From IMG/VR virus record IMGVR_UViG_3300033182_000980, positions 186,001 to 250,000 of that record: 64,000 bases of DNA; one strand, written 5' to 3'. A program made the translations under genes and the position numbers. This document shows positions 53,657 to 63,406 of this stretch, in pieces. How positions within the stretch are numbered: position 1 is the first letter of the stretch; every line of letters begins with the position of its first letter. The notes beneath the pieces were generated by a model, which worked only from the letters and a program-made list of their open reading frames with translations, did no database searches and was not told the origin of the DNA.

Positions 53657-54370
53657 TTACGCACCGAAAGTTAAGGTGTAGCTGATGTCTAGTGTACCAT
53701 CGTCAGTCTTTGTGATGGTGTTAGCGAGAACTTTTCTTGCGAACATTCTCATGTTCGTAGTTGTGGTAGGTACTTCAGCATTAACAAACCCTTCAGTGTC
53801 AACATTGTCTCCTACTGTCCAGAGTGCGATTTCTGAAATCCCATTGGCAATGTTTCCTTGGTCGGTAGCGAATGTGGTTGTGAACTTGATTGACTTAGCA
53901 CTAGGGAAAGTCACCGAGTCAATGATACGAGTCCTAACATTCACATCAAGGTGGTTATGGTTATCATCAACCATGCTGACTTGTGTTCCAGGGCTTGCTA
54001 CATCTGCATTTGCGTTTGCGTGAGCATTACCAGCCGAGTCATTACCTAAGTTGTCCCCAACACAGATATACCCGATCTGATTCACATTTGATGTCTCTTG
54101 AGTATGGAGTAAACCATTACCTACACCTGTCGGACCAATGTAGTTTGCACCAGTAGGGTGGGTGGTGTTGTCTGTCATGTTAGTGGATTCTGGTCTGTCA
54201 GCGGCATCAATGCCATTTCCAGCAGAGCCAAGACGAGGGTATATAGCGTCCATAACGATGTTATTGGACATCTCAACGACTGTATTCTCTCCTTTTTCGT
54301 GAGAGATCACATTGCCATTACGATCTTTTAGGGTGACTTCTACGAAGCCTTTGATTACGAGTCCATTCAT
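53657..54370 (-). CDS. Tail-collar/fibre-attachment-like protein, paralogue of 52934..53575
   Basis: IKGFVEV...YICVGD...KFTTTF...ISEIAL...MFARK...ITK...ISYTLTF. Confidence 0.65.
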   Translation of the reverse strand: MNGLVIKGFVEVTLKDRNGNVISHEKGENTVVEMSNNIVMDAIYPRLGSAGNGIDAADRPESTNMTDNTTHPTGANYIGPTGVGNGLLHTQETSNVNQIGYICVGDNLGNDSAGNAHANANADVASPGTQVSMVDDNHNHLDVNVRTRIIDSVTFPSAKSIKFTTTFATDQGNIANGISEIALWTVGDNVDTEGFVNAEVPTTTTNMRMFARKVLANTITKTDDGTLDISYTLTFGA

Positions 54371-54416
54371 AGTATCTTCCTCCATTTAAGGGTGGTGTTT
54401 CATCTTAGTGCCCTTA

Positions 54417-54431
54417 ATAAATAAAGTATTA
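54417..54431 (-). promoter_or_regulatory. Class-L motif over a stop codon
   Basis: TAATACTTTATTTAT upstream of the 54370 gene. Confidence 0.6.
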
Positions 54432-57400
54432 AGGTCTTGAGTCGGGGTCTTGTTCCCATACTACAAAGCCGTCTCTGCGAATATAGAAATAATGTCTATA
54501 AGTCACATTGGCGATGTTGTCTTGCTGGAACAAGTTAGTGTAGGTGATGTTAGATTGTGCATTATACTCTGTGTTGTAGCTGTTACCAACATCATTGGTA
54601 GGGTTCACCCTAATATGTAGTTCGACATCAGGCCCTACATGATCCTTTGTATAAGTAATGAGTTTATACCTCTGAGTTCTTGGGAGAGTGTAAGAAAGTC
54701 GAGCTACATTGTCCACATTGGTGTCTGTGTTATACCCATAGGTAAAGTTATAGTCAGTCACACCTGGATTATTGTAGTTGATGTAAGTGCTGTTAGGAGC
54801 ACCAGCGTGTAAAGTCGGAGTATACCTTTGATCCAAAACATCCTCGTTGTTTTGAGGGTTAGCGTCTGTCTCTGTGTTGTTCGCCTTGTTCAGTATTATG
54901 TGGTAATACTCGCTGTTATTATTCGGAGTGAGTCGAGTATAGAAGTAAACAGATGTTGGATTGCCCACGGAGGTGAGCTTATCTGGAACAACATCTTGGG
55001 TGAATACGACATCTTGTTGAGCAGACCTAAGCCTAATGTTGTGGTAATAGAAATAGTATCCTCCCTGTAAGGTATTTGTATCGCCAGTGTTATTACTCGC
55101 TAACTCATAATAAGTTTCCCCACTACAATAGCCTGTCATGGTTTCATTAGAACCACCCCTCTTTAACGCCATCTTACATACATCGACTTGGCTAGAGTTC
55201 TTTTGGCTATGGAAGTAAAGCGTATAGTCTTTATCGTTATCTAAAGGGCCAACCTTGACATGAGCGTCCTCGTTTTGATTTTGGTTGGCATTACTATTTA
55301 CAAGATACAAGTATGGAGAAGTCGGCCCACTCCAACCAGAAACATTATCGGCAGAGGATCGGTAAGGTGATGACACTGTTGTGGTGTAGCTGTTAACATA
55401 GACTAAGCTATCCATTTCACCACCTGCTTCGTACAAGTGGATCTCAAAGCCATTCGTGCCATTTGGGTGTTTGAACGAGAGATATAGATAATCTTGAGGT
55501 ACAACGAAGTTTGCCTCGACATCATCTGTGATAGAGACGGTACTTGGGTCTAACTGATTAGTGCTAGAGATAAACGCTGTCGCATCTGCATTGAAAGACA
55601 GAGTATCGGATAAGGTAATCGTGAGGTTGGTGTCCGCATCATCAGATATGCCTGTCAGCAAATCACTAGCGTTATGTGAGGAAATATATGCCTCTGTAAA
55701 GTCGTTAAAGAAAAGAGGCATCGTGTCCTCTACATAGAGGGCTAAAGAGGTCGCAACAGCGTCAGTTATCGTGGCGAAATCGCTTGTTGGTGCTAGTGAT
55801 TGATAAAGAGGTACAATCACATCATCTTCAATGTTGGGGAATGTACTTGACTCATCTAAGCTACCTAAAGAGTAGTTGGCTTCTATCGCATCAGAGACTT
55901 GGAAAGTGTCGCTGACATTTATTGATGAGATAAAGGCTATGATCTCATCATTGATTGGGTCAACAGAGTCGGTTTCAAGTACATCTACGAAGCTCTTAGT
56001 GTAATCAACGAGATCAGTAATCTTGGGTACATTGCTGTCTGTGGATCTGGGTAAGAAGATATAACTCGCTAAGAGTGCGTCTGGATTACTATCCGACACA
56101 TTAGGTACATCAGACCTTACCCCAATGCCTTTGATCCTTGCTTCAACATCGTCAGAGATGATCGACACTGTGGACGAAGGCACGATCCTTTGGAAGATAG
56201 GCACTTCCACATTTTCCACTATGTTGGGGAAGATGTCGGAAAGGTTAATCTTATTGAGTATGTAGTTGTACTCCAAGCTGGCTTCTATCGCAGGGAAATC
56301 TGACTCATTTCTAACAGCGACATAGTTTAACGCCCAAGATACCGAGTCTGTAATGTCAGCTACACTTTGGGTGATTGTAGAGGGTAAGAGTAATAATGAG
56401 GTTGAGACTTGATCTGTGGGGAGTGTAATCGCAGATGCCTCGTCAATGTAGGTAAGTCTTTGCTCATACTCTATATCTTCGGAGATTTGAGGTACTTTGT
56501 CATCCACGCTTGTAAAGACAAACCCTGGAGTTTCAAAGTTGTTCTTCCATGAGAAATCAAACCCTAAGTTTGGAAGGGCATAGTTATCGTTCGTGACAAC
56601 TGATTCACTTATGGCATAAGTGTGAGTGGGGGTGGAAACGACCTCTATCTCTTTAGTCGCTGTTGGGTTAGGGTCTGCCGAGGGGTTAAAAGAAGTGACC
56701 TCACCTGGATTTGTGGCAAATGTGACAGCGTGTAAATAGTATCCAGGTGCGTAAACATCATCATCAAGGTCGAGTTGGTAAGTTTCTGCCGAGCTGGCCC
56801 AATCTGTATTAAGAGAGTAGGGTGCATCTGTGCCTTGTGAGAAGAAATGCACTTGCGTTACATCAGCTAAATCAATCTCAAGCACCATTTCAATGTAATA
56901 GGTTTCGTTAGGTAAGTGATTGAATACAGCGTTGATTTCTGCCGTGTAGTCGGGTCCTGTTCCATTAGTGTAGGTAAATGGGCTTGGAGGGCTTTCGTCC
57001 ATGAGTCTATAAGCGAGGGGGGCACCCGTAGTGGTAGGTAAAACTGGCCATTCTTCTATGGCATTGAACCCATTACTATCAGCCCTTGGTGTGAGAGTTT
57101 GATAGTATTTAACTCCGTCTGAACCAACCCTATATATTGAGAAGTAAGCATAAGTACCTACAACACCTTGTTGCTCTATTTCACCTGGACCTGCCGCATT
57201 GTTCCATACACCTGTATAGTTAAAATAAAGGTATGTAGGTATTGTATTGACTGTGGCTGTCTCAATAACAGACCTCGGTCCTAAGATGTAAAGCGAAGGG
57301 TCGGGATAAAGCCATTCGTCTTGTGGTACATGAGGGTTGTAGTCGTTTGTAAATCCGTCTCGACCATCGAGTTCATAACCTGTGATCACATCCTCATAAA

Positions 57401-60137
57401 AGGTCAGCTCACCTTCAACACCCGAAGTTTGAGTGTCGATCATAGAATAGACAGATCGGATTTCATCCGTTGTTGCAGTATTACCCTCAACGATTACGAC
57501 ATGATCCCCGACTGAAACGCCTGTTACTTTGTCGTTTGTATATGTATATGTCGTTTCAATCTCTGGTAATGTATCAAGAATCCTAGATGCCAAACCTAAA
57601 GGGTTCTGCATATATCTTTCAGATGTGGACTCTGTAAAGTCACCCAAATCAAGTGTTGTGGTATGTCTAAAGAAAGCTCCTCCCTCACCTAGTTTATCTC
57701 CTTTGTACCAATCGAGGTCAGCACTAAAGGGGTTAGAGGAAAGCCCCGAAACTGTGAGTGTCTTTTCGGAATCAAGACCACTTACGAGTACATGATCTTG
57801 ATTGAGTGTGTATGAGTAGCTCGTACCCTCGCTGTCTACAACAGATGTGATATAAGAGGGTCTAAACCCTAGCTCGTAAAAGGATATGCTAGGGTTTGAT
57901 GTAGTGAGGGTCTTGGTAGCTGGCTTGAAAACTTGGTCTTGAGTAGCCGTCTGGTTGAGAGAGAAGTTATTAAGTGTGTATGTGGTGTTGAGCGTTTGGT
58001 TGCTCGTATTGAGAAGGTCAGAGCTACCCGCCGAATAGGTGGCAATCTTTTGCTCTTGTGTATAGGGGGTGACAGGTTGTGGTTCATTGAGTACATAAGA
58101 AATCGGAGAGGTTGTCTCAATGACCCTGTTTTGACCGATGCCTCGACCAGACTCTGAAACCTTTCTTCGAGGTCTAGCGGCGTTAAGGGTCATCTCTAAG
58201 CTATTGAGTTCACGGAAGCGTCTAATCTCTGACTTAGCTTTAGGGTATGTGAGGGTGATTGTATCTCCGGAACTAGATAAAGGATTTCCAGAACCTCCTA
58301 GATCCACAATGACTCTTGAAAAGTCGCTTTGATTTCTTATCGTATTTGAATAGAGAGTTTGTTCGGTTAAAGAGATGAACTTTAACTTTCTTATAGAGTA
58401 GTCAACAGGTGTCCCATTGACGCTAATCTCAAGGTCGAAGATAGATAGTGGGAGTCCATTTATTGTTTTCGCCATGCCCTTTACAATATACAAAGGAATG
58501 GGGATATAAGACTCTCCGATAAAGGACGCGGCACCTTCGGGGTAATCTTGCTTGATGAACTCGACAGTCTCATACAGGTTTTGATCTCGGACTTGCCATG
58601 TAGATGAGGCGTTTTTTACCTCTTGTAGACCACTCAATGAGATTTGTGCGTCAACAGTGACCTCGATATAGCTCAGTTTTATCAAGTGTCCATAAGTGTA
58701 TTCGTATTGTGCCCCTGGAGTATAATATATAGCTTCTTCGCCCATGAGGTCGCAGAAATATATTTCCCCACTAAGAGAGAGGGGTTCACCGTCATTGAAC
58801 AAGTCGCTGTGATTGAAGTAGTTGGGGTCTTGTCCAAACATTTCAATCCTAGATACGATTGCGTTCTTCACCTCCACAGGGAAGGTGTTCACTAAATAAC
58901 CCTCATGGTTATCTCCTCTAACGAGGGGTCTTACATTTTTCGTGATGTAGTTTACACCAAGATTTTCGTCAAAGACTAGATCAAAGTATGTTCCGTCTTC
59001 AGGAACAATCCTATCTGAAACAGAGATGACCCTTAGCTTTTGAGTGCCGATGACAAGAGTATCAGCGACCTTAATGTTGGTTCTCCAAAAGCGTATCTTC
59101 TTACCCGAAACATACCCATAGCTGTTTGGCTCATAAACGCCCTCTCTAGCCCTCCTCATATCCTCTTGGTACAAACCCCCTAGTGAGAGTCCAACGAGGC
59201 CATACCGAGCGTTTTGGTTGTAGTACGGAAGTGATGGGTCAATCTTGTTAGCCTCAATGATTTCTTCGTCCGGCAGAGCAGAGTCGATACCGAGAATGGG
59301 GCTAAAGACATCTCCTTTCCCTTGAGCGAGGATAGGTATGTCCTCATCAATGATGGAGGCAATCTCTCCTGTCTTAATGTGAGCAGGTTTGGTGATGCTG
59401 AAAACTTTGCGTAAGTTGTTCTGTAGTCGGACTATGTTTTCTGGAATACCGAGATAAACTTCATGGGAGTGGGAGTTCCCTTCACTATCTGTCCAAGGTT
59501 GTATGACACCATCAATGATGTCATGTGTGTGAAGTTCATCTCCCCATTTGTACTCAATGGGTTTGTTGGTAGAACCTAATCCAGATTCGTCTGTGAAAGT
59601 AAAGTGTCGGTGTTCGGGGAACACACCATCTGTGTTGTATTCTGTTGTCGCTAAGATGGCTGACTTGATGTTAGCAATATACCCCTCAACAGTGCTGACA
59701 ACAACTGCGTTTCCCTCTGCAATGTCGTTCAGCACCTCATCCACAGATTTCTTGGTTGCCCCTTGTAGTAGGGCTTCATAAGTCTGTAAAAGAAACGAGA
59801 TAGTCTCTTCGTGTGTATCACCGACAGGTACAGAGTCCTCATCGGGGAAAACAAGGTACATGAGTCGAGTGGCAACAAACTCGGCTCGTAGTTGTGAGTA
59901 TTCTACATCTTCAAGGTTATCTAAGGTGTCTACTAATAGCTCTGCGAGGAGTCTACCCACACCTTCATAAATGATCCTATGGTTTGGGCCATAGCTACGG
60001 GTAAAGTAGTTTGAAGCAGTACCGAAAGACATGGAGTCTACGATTTTATTGGTGAGAATGTCTTCAAGTAGCCTTCTTGGATAAGACTTAGAGTTTAGGT
60101 TTTCCCTGTTTGTGCGTGGGTCAAAATCATAAACCAT
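54429..60137 (-). CDS. Large baseplate wedge protein (gpI/T4 gp7-like N-terminus) with HxH motifs and ~25-aa repeats
   Basis: Directly follows the baseplate-J gene; LLQGATK.SV and TKPAH motifs; HRH/HTH/HSH cluster; repeated D..P.I.D.V units. Confidence 0.6.
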   Translation of the reverse strand: MVYDFDPRTNRENLNSKSYPRRLLEDILTNKIVDSMSFGTASNYFTRSYGPNHRIIYEGVGRLLAELLVDTLDNLEDVEYSQLRAEFVATRLMYLVFPDEDSVPVGDTHEETISFLLQTYEALLQGATKKSVDEVLNDIAEGNAVVVSTVEGYIANIKSAILATTEYNTDGVFPEHRHFTFTDESGLGSTNKPIEYKWGDELHTHDIIDGVIQPWTDSEGNSHSHEVYLGIPENIVRLQNNLRKVFSITKPAHIKTGEIASIIDEDIPILAQGKGDVFSPILGIDSALPDEEIIEANKIDPSLPYYNQNARYGLVGLSLGGLYQEDMRRAREGVYEPNSYGYVSGKKIRFWRTNIKVADTLVIGTQKLRVISVSDRIVPEDGTYFDLVFDENLGVNYITKNVRPLVRGDNHEGYLVNTFPVEVKNAIVSRIEMFGQDPNYFNHSDLFNDGEPLSLSGEIYFCDLMGEEAIYYTPGAQYEYTYGHLIKLSYIEVTVDAQISLSGLQEVKNASSTWQVRDQNLYETVEFIKQDYPEGAASFIGESYIPIPLYIVKGMAKTINGLPLSIFDLEISVNGTPVDYSIRKLKFISLTEQTLYSNTIRNQSDFSRVIVDLGGSGNPLSSSGDTITLTYPKAKSEIRRFRELNSLEMTLNAARPRRKVSESGRGIGQNRVIETTSPISYVLNEPQPVTPYTQEQKIATYSAGSSDLLNTSNQTLNTTYTLNNFSLNQTATQDQVFKPATKTLTTSNPSISFYELGFRPSYITSVVDSEGTSYSYTLNQDHVLVSGLDSEKTLTVSGLSSNPFSADLDWYKGDKLGEGGAFFRHTTTLDLGDFTESTSERYMQNPLGLASRILDTLPEIETTYTYTNDKVTGVSVGDHVVIVEGNTATTDEIRSVYSMIDTQTSGVEGELTFYEDVITGYELDGRDGFTNDYNPHVPQDEWLYPDPSLYILGPRSVIETATVNTIPTYLYFNYTGVWNNAAGPGEIEQQGVVGTYAYFSIYRVGSDGVKYYQTLTPRADSNGFNAIEEWPVLPTTTGAPLAYRLMDESPPSPFTYTNGTGPDYTAEINAVFNHLPNETYYIEMVLEIDLADVTQVHFFSQGTDAPYSLNTDWASSAETYQLDLDDDVYAPGYYLHAVTFATNPGEVTSFNPSADPNPTATKEIEVVSTPTHTYAISESVVTNDNYALPNLGFDFSWKNNFETPGFVFTSVDDKVPQISEDIEYEQRLTYIDEASAITLPTDQVSTSLLLLPSTITQSVADITDSVSWALNYVAVRNESDFPAIEASLEYNYILNKINLSDIFPNIVENVEVPIFQRIVPSSTVSIISDDVEARIKGIGVRSDVPNVSDSNPDALLASYIFLPRSTDSNVPKITDLVDYTKSFVDVLETDSVDPINDEIIAFISSINVSDTFQVSDAIEANYSLGSLDESSTFPNIEDDVIVPLYQSLAPTSDFATITDAVATSLALYVEDTMPLFFNDFTEAYISSHNASDLLTGISDDADTNLTITLSDTLSFNADATAFISSTNQLDPSTVSITDDVEANFVVPQDYLYLSFKHPNGTNGFEIHLYEAGGEMDSLVYVNSYTTTVSSPYRSSADNVSGWSGPTSPYLYLVNSNANQNQNEDAHVKVGPLDNDKDYTLYFHSQKNSSQVDVCKMALKRGGSNETMTGYCSGETYYELASNNTGDTNTLQGGYYFYYHNIRLRSAQQDVVFTQDVVPDKLTSVGNPTSVYFYTRLTPNNNSEYYHIILNKANNTETDANPQNNEDVLDQRYTPTLHAGAPNSTYINYNNPGVTDYNFTYGYNTDTNVDNVARLSYTLPRTQRYKLITYTKDHVGPDVELHIRVNPTNDVGNSYNTEYNAQSNITYTNLFQQDNIANVTYRHYFYIRRDGFVVWEQDPDSRP

Positions 60138-63100
60138 TATCTTCTCTCCTCTTCATAAGTGAAGCTGAGATCGCCCACTTGAAAGTAGCTAAAGTTGTTT
60201 AATCTGATCTCACCCACCACCCCTGTACCGTCTCCACAGGTGTAGTTGACCTCAATCTCATAATCCAAAGGTGTTTCCCCTAATGGTAATGAGAGCATAA
60301 GTTTTCGAGCTGAGTTGGGGATCTCTGTTAGAACTCCGTTAGTGCTGATGTGGGCTTTCTCCAAACCTACGATGCTCCCTTTCACTCCGACCCAGTTGGA
60401 GGCAGTTTCCCTTTGTCCGAGCGATAGTGTTTCGATTTCTTTTCGGTTCAAAAATACCCTAGCATTTGATCCACCACTAGAGGCTGGTACATGGTCTAGT
60501 TGCACATCCATGAGCCACACTTTATGACTAGAGCTTGTAAACTCCGTGATCTCTATCGGCACTGTCGGGTTCACTTCTTCACGAAGGATCTGATCTCCTT
60601 CGGTCAATGAAAGCTCGGTCAAAGGAACAGACACATAAGAAACACCTCGTACAGAGTCAATCTCCCGAATGAAATCGGAAGGGTAAAGATTACCACCAAG
60701 AGTTGTTTCTGTTATAAGGTTGAACAATGATGCTTTGATAATCGAGTCAACACTTGTAGCAGATGCTCCTTGCTCTAAGTAGACAAGACCTTTTACATTT
60801 ACTCGAACAGGGTTCACCTCTTTTACGAGGACATCAGCCCCCATGTGTTTTTGCTCATCAACCTCTAGCTGTAGGTTAGAGACTACAAGGTTTGTCTGAT
60901 AAGTGACTGTAATGTTTTCTAGGTACTCATAATCTACATAGACCGTCTGACTCGATGTGATTGTGCTTGTTGTTGTCCTCTTAATCGTTGTTAGATCTCC
61001 ATTCACTTCAATAACATAATCTGGTGTCGTAGATGTGAGAGGGCTAGAGAAGATGTTGCCATTTGAGTCTTTGACTACTATGGTCGTGATGTCGATCCCA
61101 CGATTTGATAGGGTTTCGGTGTAGAGTTCATTGAGAGTCTGCTGTTCGGCTGTGATTGAGATGATCTTCTCTAATCCGTCATTATCAATGATGATGTAGT
61201 CTTGAGCTTTTGAGGACTGCCCTTGTACGAGTGGATCTTCAGTTTTGTAGAAGGTGTAGCCGAGATCAGTACCGTCTGCTTTACGGACAGAAATCACTTG
61301 TCGGACAGGTTGTCTATCAAGCACGACTTTATTAGTCACATCGGTTCGGTAGTCTCCTAATATGATGTCGGTCATACGATATGTGGGCTGTGGTATGTCT
61401 TGATTGAGTATGAGGATCTTACCCTCGGAGATCGTTGCTCCTGTAAGGTCGAAGAACTCACCGTTAGTTTGGTTTTTGAGTCCGAATGTACCTGCTCGGT
61501 CAATCATTTGAAACAATGGGTTCTCTGTGGAGGCATCAGACGCTTGGAACTTATACGCACCCTCTGACTGTATCGGAATGAATCTTGATCCCTTTCTCGA
61601 TTTGTAAGACGGAGCATATACATCAGTCACTCGGCTCAACAGTTCCCCTCTAACCCAAATGTCTACCTTACCCCCTTGATCGTTGTCTCGGAGCATATAT
61701 GGACTATCGGCATCTATGATCTCATAGCCCAGCACACCTGCTGATTCTCTAGCTACTCGTTCATAACCAGCTCTTGTGCCGACATCCACAGAGGAGATGT
61801 AAGTCATTGCTCGTGTCATCAGCTCTTGGTTTGTCTCTCTTGTAGACCCCCCAAATGTAGGTGCGTTGTTGATGACGCTTAGTCCTAGTGGAGCACCTGT
61901 TGTGATTTGTCCAGATGTCAGATTTCCACTAAGACCTGCTGTGTCTGCTTGGATTGGCAAGGTGATTTCATATCTGCGTGTGATGGGGTTATAGAAGTTG
62001 GGTGCTTCGGAAACAGAGATTGTTCCTGCTTGGAGAGTCCTAAAACGCACACCTCCACCAGAGATGATCTGTCCAATAGGTACGATGAGGTCAAAAGTAG
62101 GTAAAGACCTTGAATAGAAAGTTGCTTCCCCTCTAGCTACTTGTCCAGATAGTCTGACGATCCCTAGATTAGAAGCCAAGCGATCAAAACAGATGTCGAT
62201 AAGGTTTTGTACCTGTGTGTCTGTATCGAGGAAATAAGCCTCTTTTAAGAGCTGTTTATAGCTAGAGTTCGATACATAGATGGACTCACCCAATCCTGTG
62301 GGGTCGTCTATATCGTTGAGGGAGACAAAGTTAGTCGCCTTGTAGCAGAAATCTAAGAGGACTCTGATGCGAGATACTTCGGAGACAACAGGATCAATGA
62401 ATAAGTCTCTTATAGCTGAACCAGCTTGAACACTCGCTGTGGGGTCAGCATCGTAGATTGCCGAGATCATGCTCTCTGTAAGCTGTGAGTCAGTCACATT
62501 AGGTAATGTCGTGTTGATGAGCTGTAGGTTGATAGGTGCTGACCCGACCTCAACACTAAAAGCAGACTCTACGGATTGGTTGTCTACAACCTTGACCGCT
62601 GTGATGACATAATAAAGAGGAGTGTTCACATTGAGTGAAGCAAACTCGCCTATCTCGATTGTGTTCGCAGAGTTAGGGTTGGTTCGATTGTGTTTGAAAG
62701 ATACCTTTGTCTCCAACTCGATTGCGGATACATTTGTTGCGACTCTTAATCGACCCACGCTCTCTGCGATCTCCTGTGTTCCCACATCACTCTCGGTGGT
62801 GTTCTGTAGGGCTTTTATAGTGAGAACATTCGGATCTTCTCCAATGGCTTCAATGTCGCTAGATAAATCTACTATTGAGGAGACTTTTTCTGACTTAAAG
62901 CCATAGGTGATAGGGTCGATTGGGATCTTGTTGATCTGTTGATAACCATTTCCACCACCACCACTTACAGTTGAAGCGTACACATTATAAGAGCTGATCT
63001 CGGAGTCGGTATGTACCCAACTAAGAACGACATTATCATCAGCTCTCTCGGCTTTTATGTTGATGGGTGGTTGAGGTTTAGCCGTATTTGAGTCTAGGCT

Positions 63101-63406
63101 AGAGATAACAATCAGCGTTAAAGATGTTGTATTTATTCCGTCTGTTGCCGAGATAAGGAAGCTGTTAGCTCCTTGATTTAAGTCGATCCCCTCGGATGTA
63201 TTTGGAAATACCCATGATCCATCAGCGATTGTGATGTCTGCATCTACACCCACGGATGTAAATGTCTCGTCTAAGAATGACACTGTGATTTGGTCATACC
63301 CTTCAACAAGACCATGAATGAATACTTCTTCTTTGTCGGTTGAATAACTAGTTGATGTTGAGGAGCTGACTCCATCTGGCTTTACGATTTTTAAGCTATA
63401 ACTCAT
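60137..63406 (-). CDS. Baseplate J / T4 gp6-like wedge protein with Ig/FN3-like N-terminal domains
   Basis: GSAIRDLFIDP...IVPIG..ISGGG.RF.T...GN...G.IT...NNAPTFGG...ETN.EL..R...GT..GYE...G.VDIWV. Confidence 0.85.
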   Translation of the reverse strand: MSYSLKIVKPDGVSSSTSTSYSTDKEEVFIHGLVEGYDQITVSFLDETFTSVGVDADITIADGSWVFPNTSEGIDLNQGANSFLISATDGINTTSLTLIVISSLDSNTAKPQPPINIKAERADDNVVLSWVHTDSEISSYNVYASTVSGGGGNGYQQINKIPIDPITYGFKSEKVSSIVDLSSDIEAIGEDPNVLTIKALQNTTESDVGTQEIAESVGRLRVATNVSAIELETKVSFKHNRTNPNSANTIEIGEFASLNVNTPLYYVITAVKVVDNQSVESAFSVEVGSAPINLQLINTTLPNVTDSQLTESMISAIYDADPTASVQAGSAIRDLFIDPVVSEVSRIRVLLDFCYKATNFVSLNDIDDPTGLGESIYVSNSSYKQLLKEAYFLDTDTQVQNLIDICFDRLASNLGIVRLSGQVARGEATFYSRSLPTFDLIVPIGQIISGGGVRFRTLQAGTISVSEAPNFYNPITRRYEITLPIQADTAGLSGNLTSGQITTGAPLGLSVINNAPTFGGSTRETNQELMTRAMTYISSVDVGTRAGYERVARESAGVLGYEIIDADSPYMLRDNDQGGKVDIWVRGELLSRVTDVYAPSYKSRKGSRFIPIQSEGAYKFQASDASTENPLFQMIDRAGTFGLKNQTNGEFFDLTGATISEGKILILNQDIPQPTYRMTDIILGDYRTDVTNKVVLDRQPVRQVISVRKADGTDLGYTFYKTEDPLVQGQSSKAQDYIIIDNDGLEKIISITAEQQTLNELYTETLSNRGIDITTIVVKDSNGNIFSSPLTSTTPDYVIEVNGDLTTIKRTTTSTITSSQTVYVDYEYLENITVTYQTNLVVSNLQLEVDEQKHMGADVLVKEVNPVRVNVKGLVYLEQGASATSVDSIIKASLFNLITETTLGGNLYPSDFIREIDSVRGVSYVSVPLTELSLTEGDQILREEVNPTVPIEITEFTSSSHKVWLMDVQLDHVPASSGGSNARVFLNRKEIETLSLGQRETASNWVGVKGSIVGLEKAHISTNGVLTEIPNSARKLMLSLPLGETPLDYEIEVNYTCGDGTGVVGEIRLNNFSYFQVGDLSFTYEEERR

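Noticed and set aside
37306-63406. Stop-codon reassignment, as seen in some large phages
   Set aside because: ORFs of 1000-2000 aa are intact in the standard code, and TAA, TAG and TGA all end well-supported genes.
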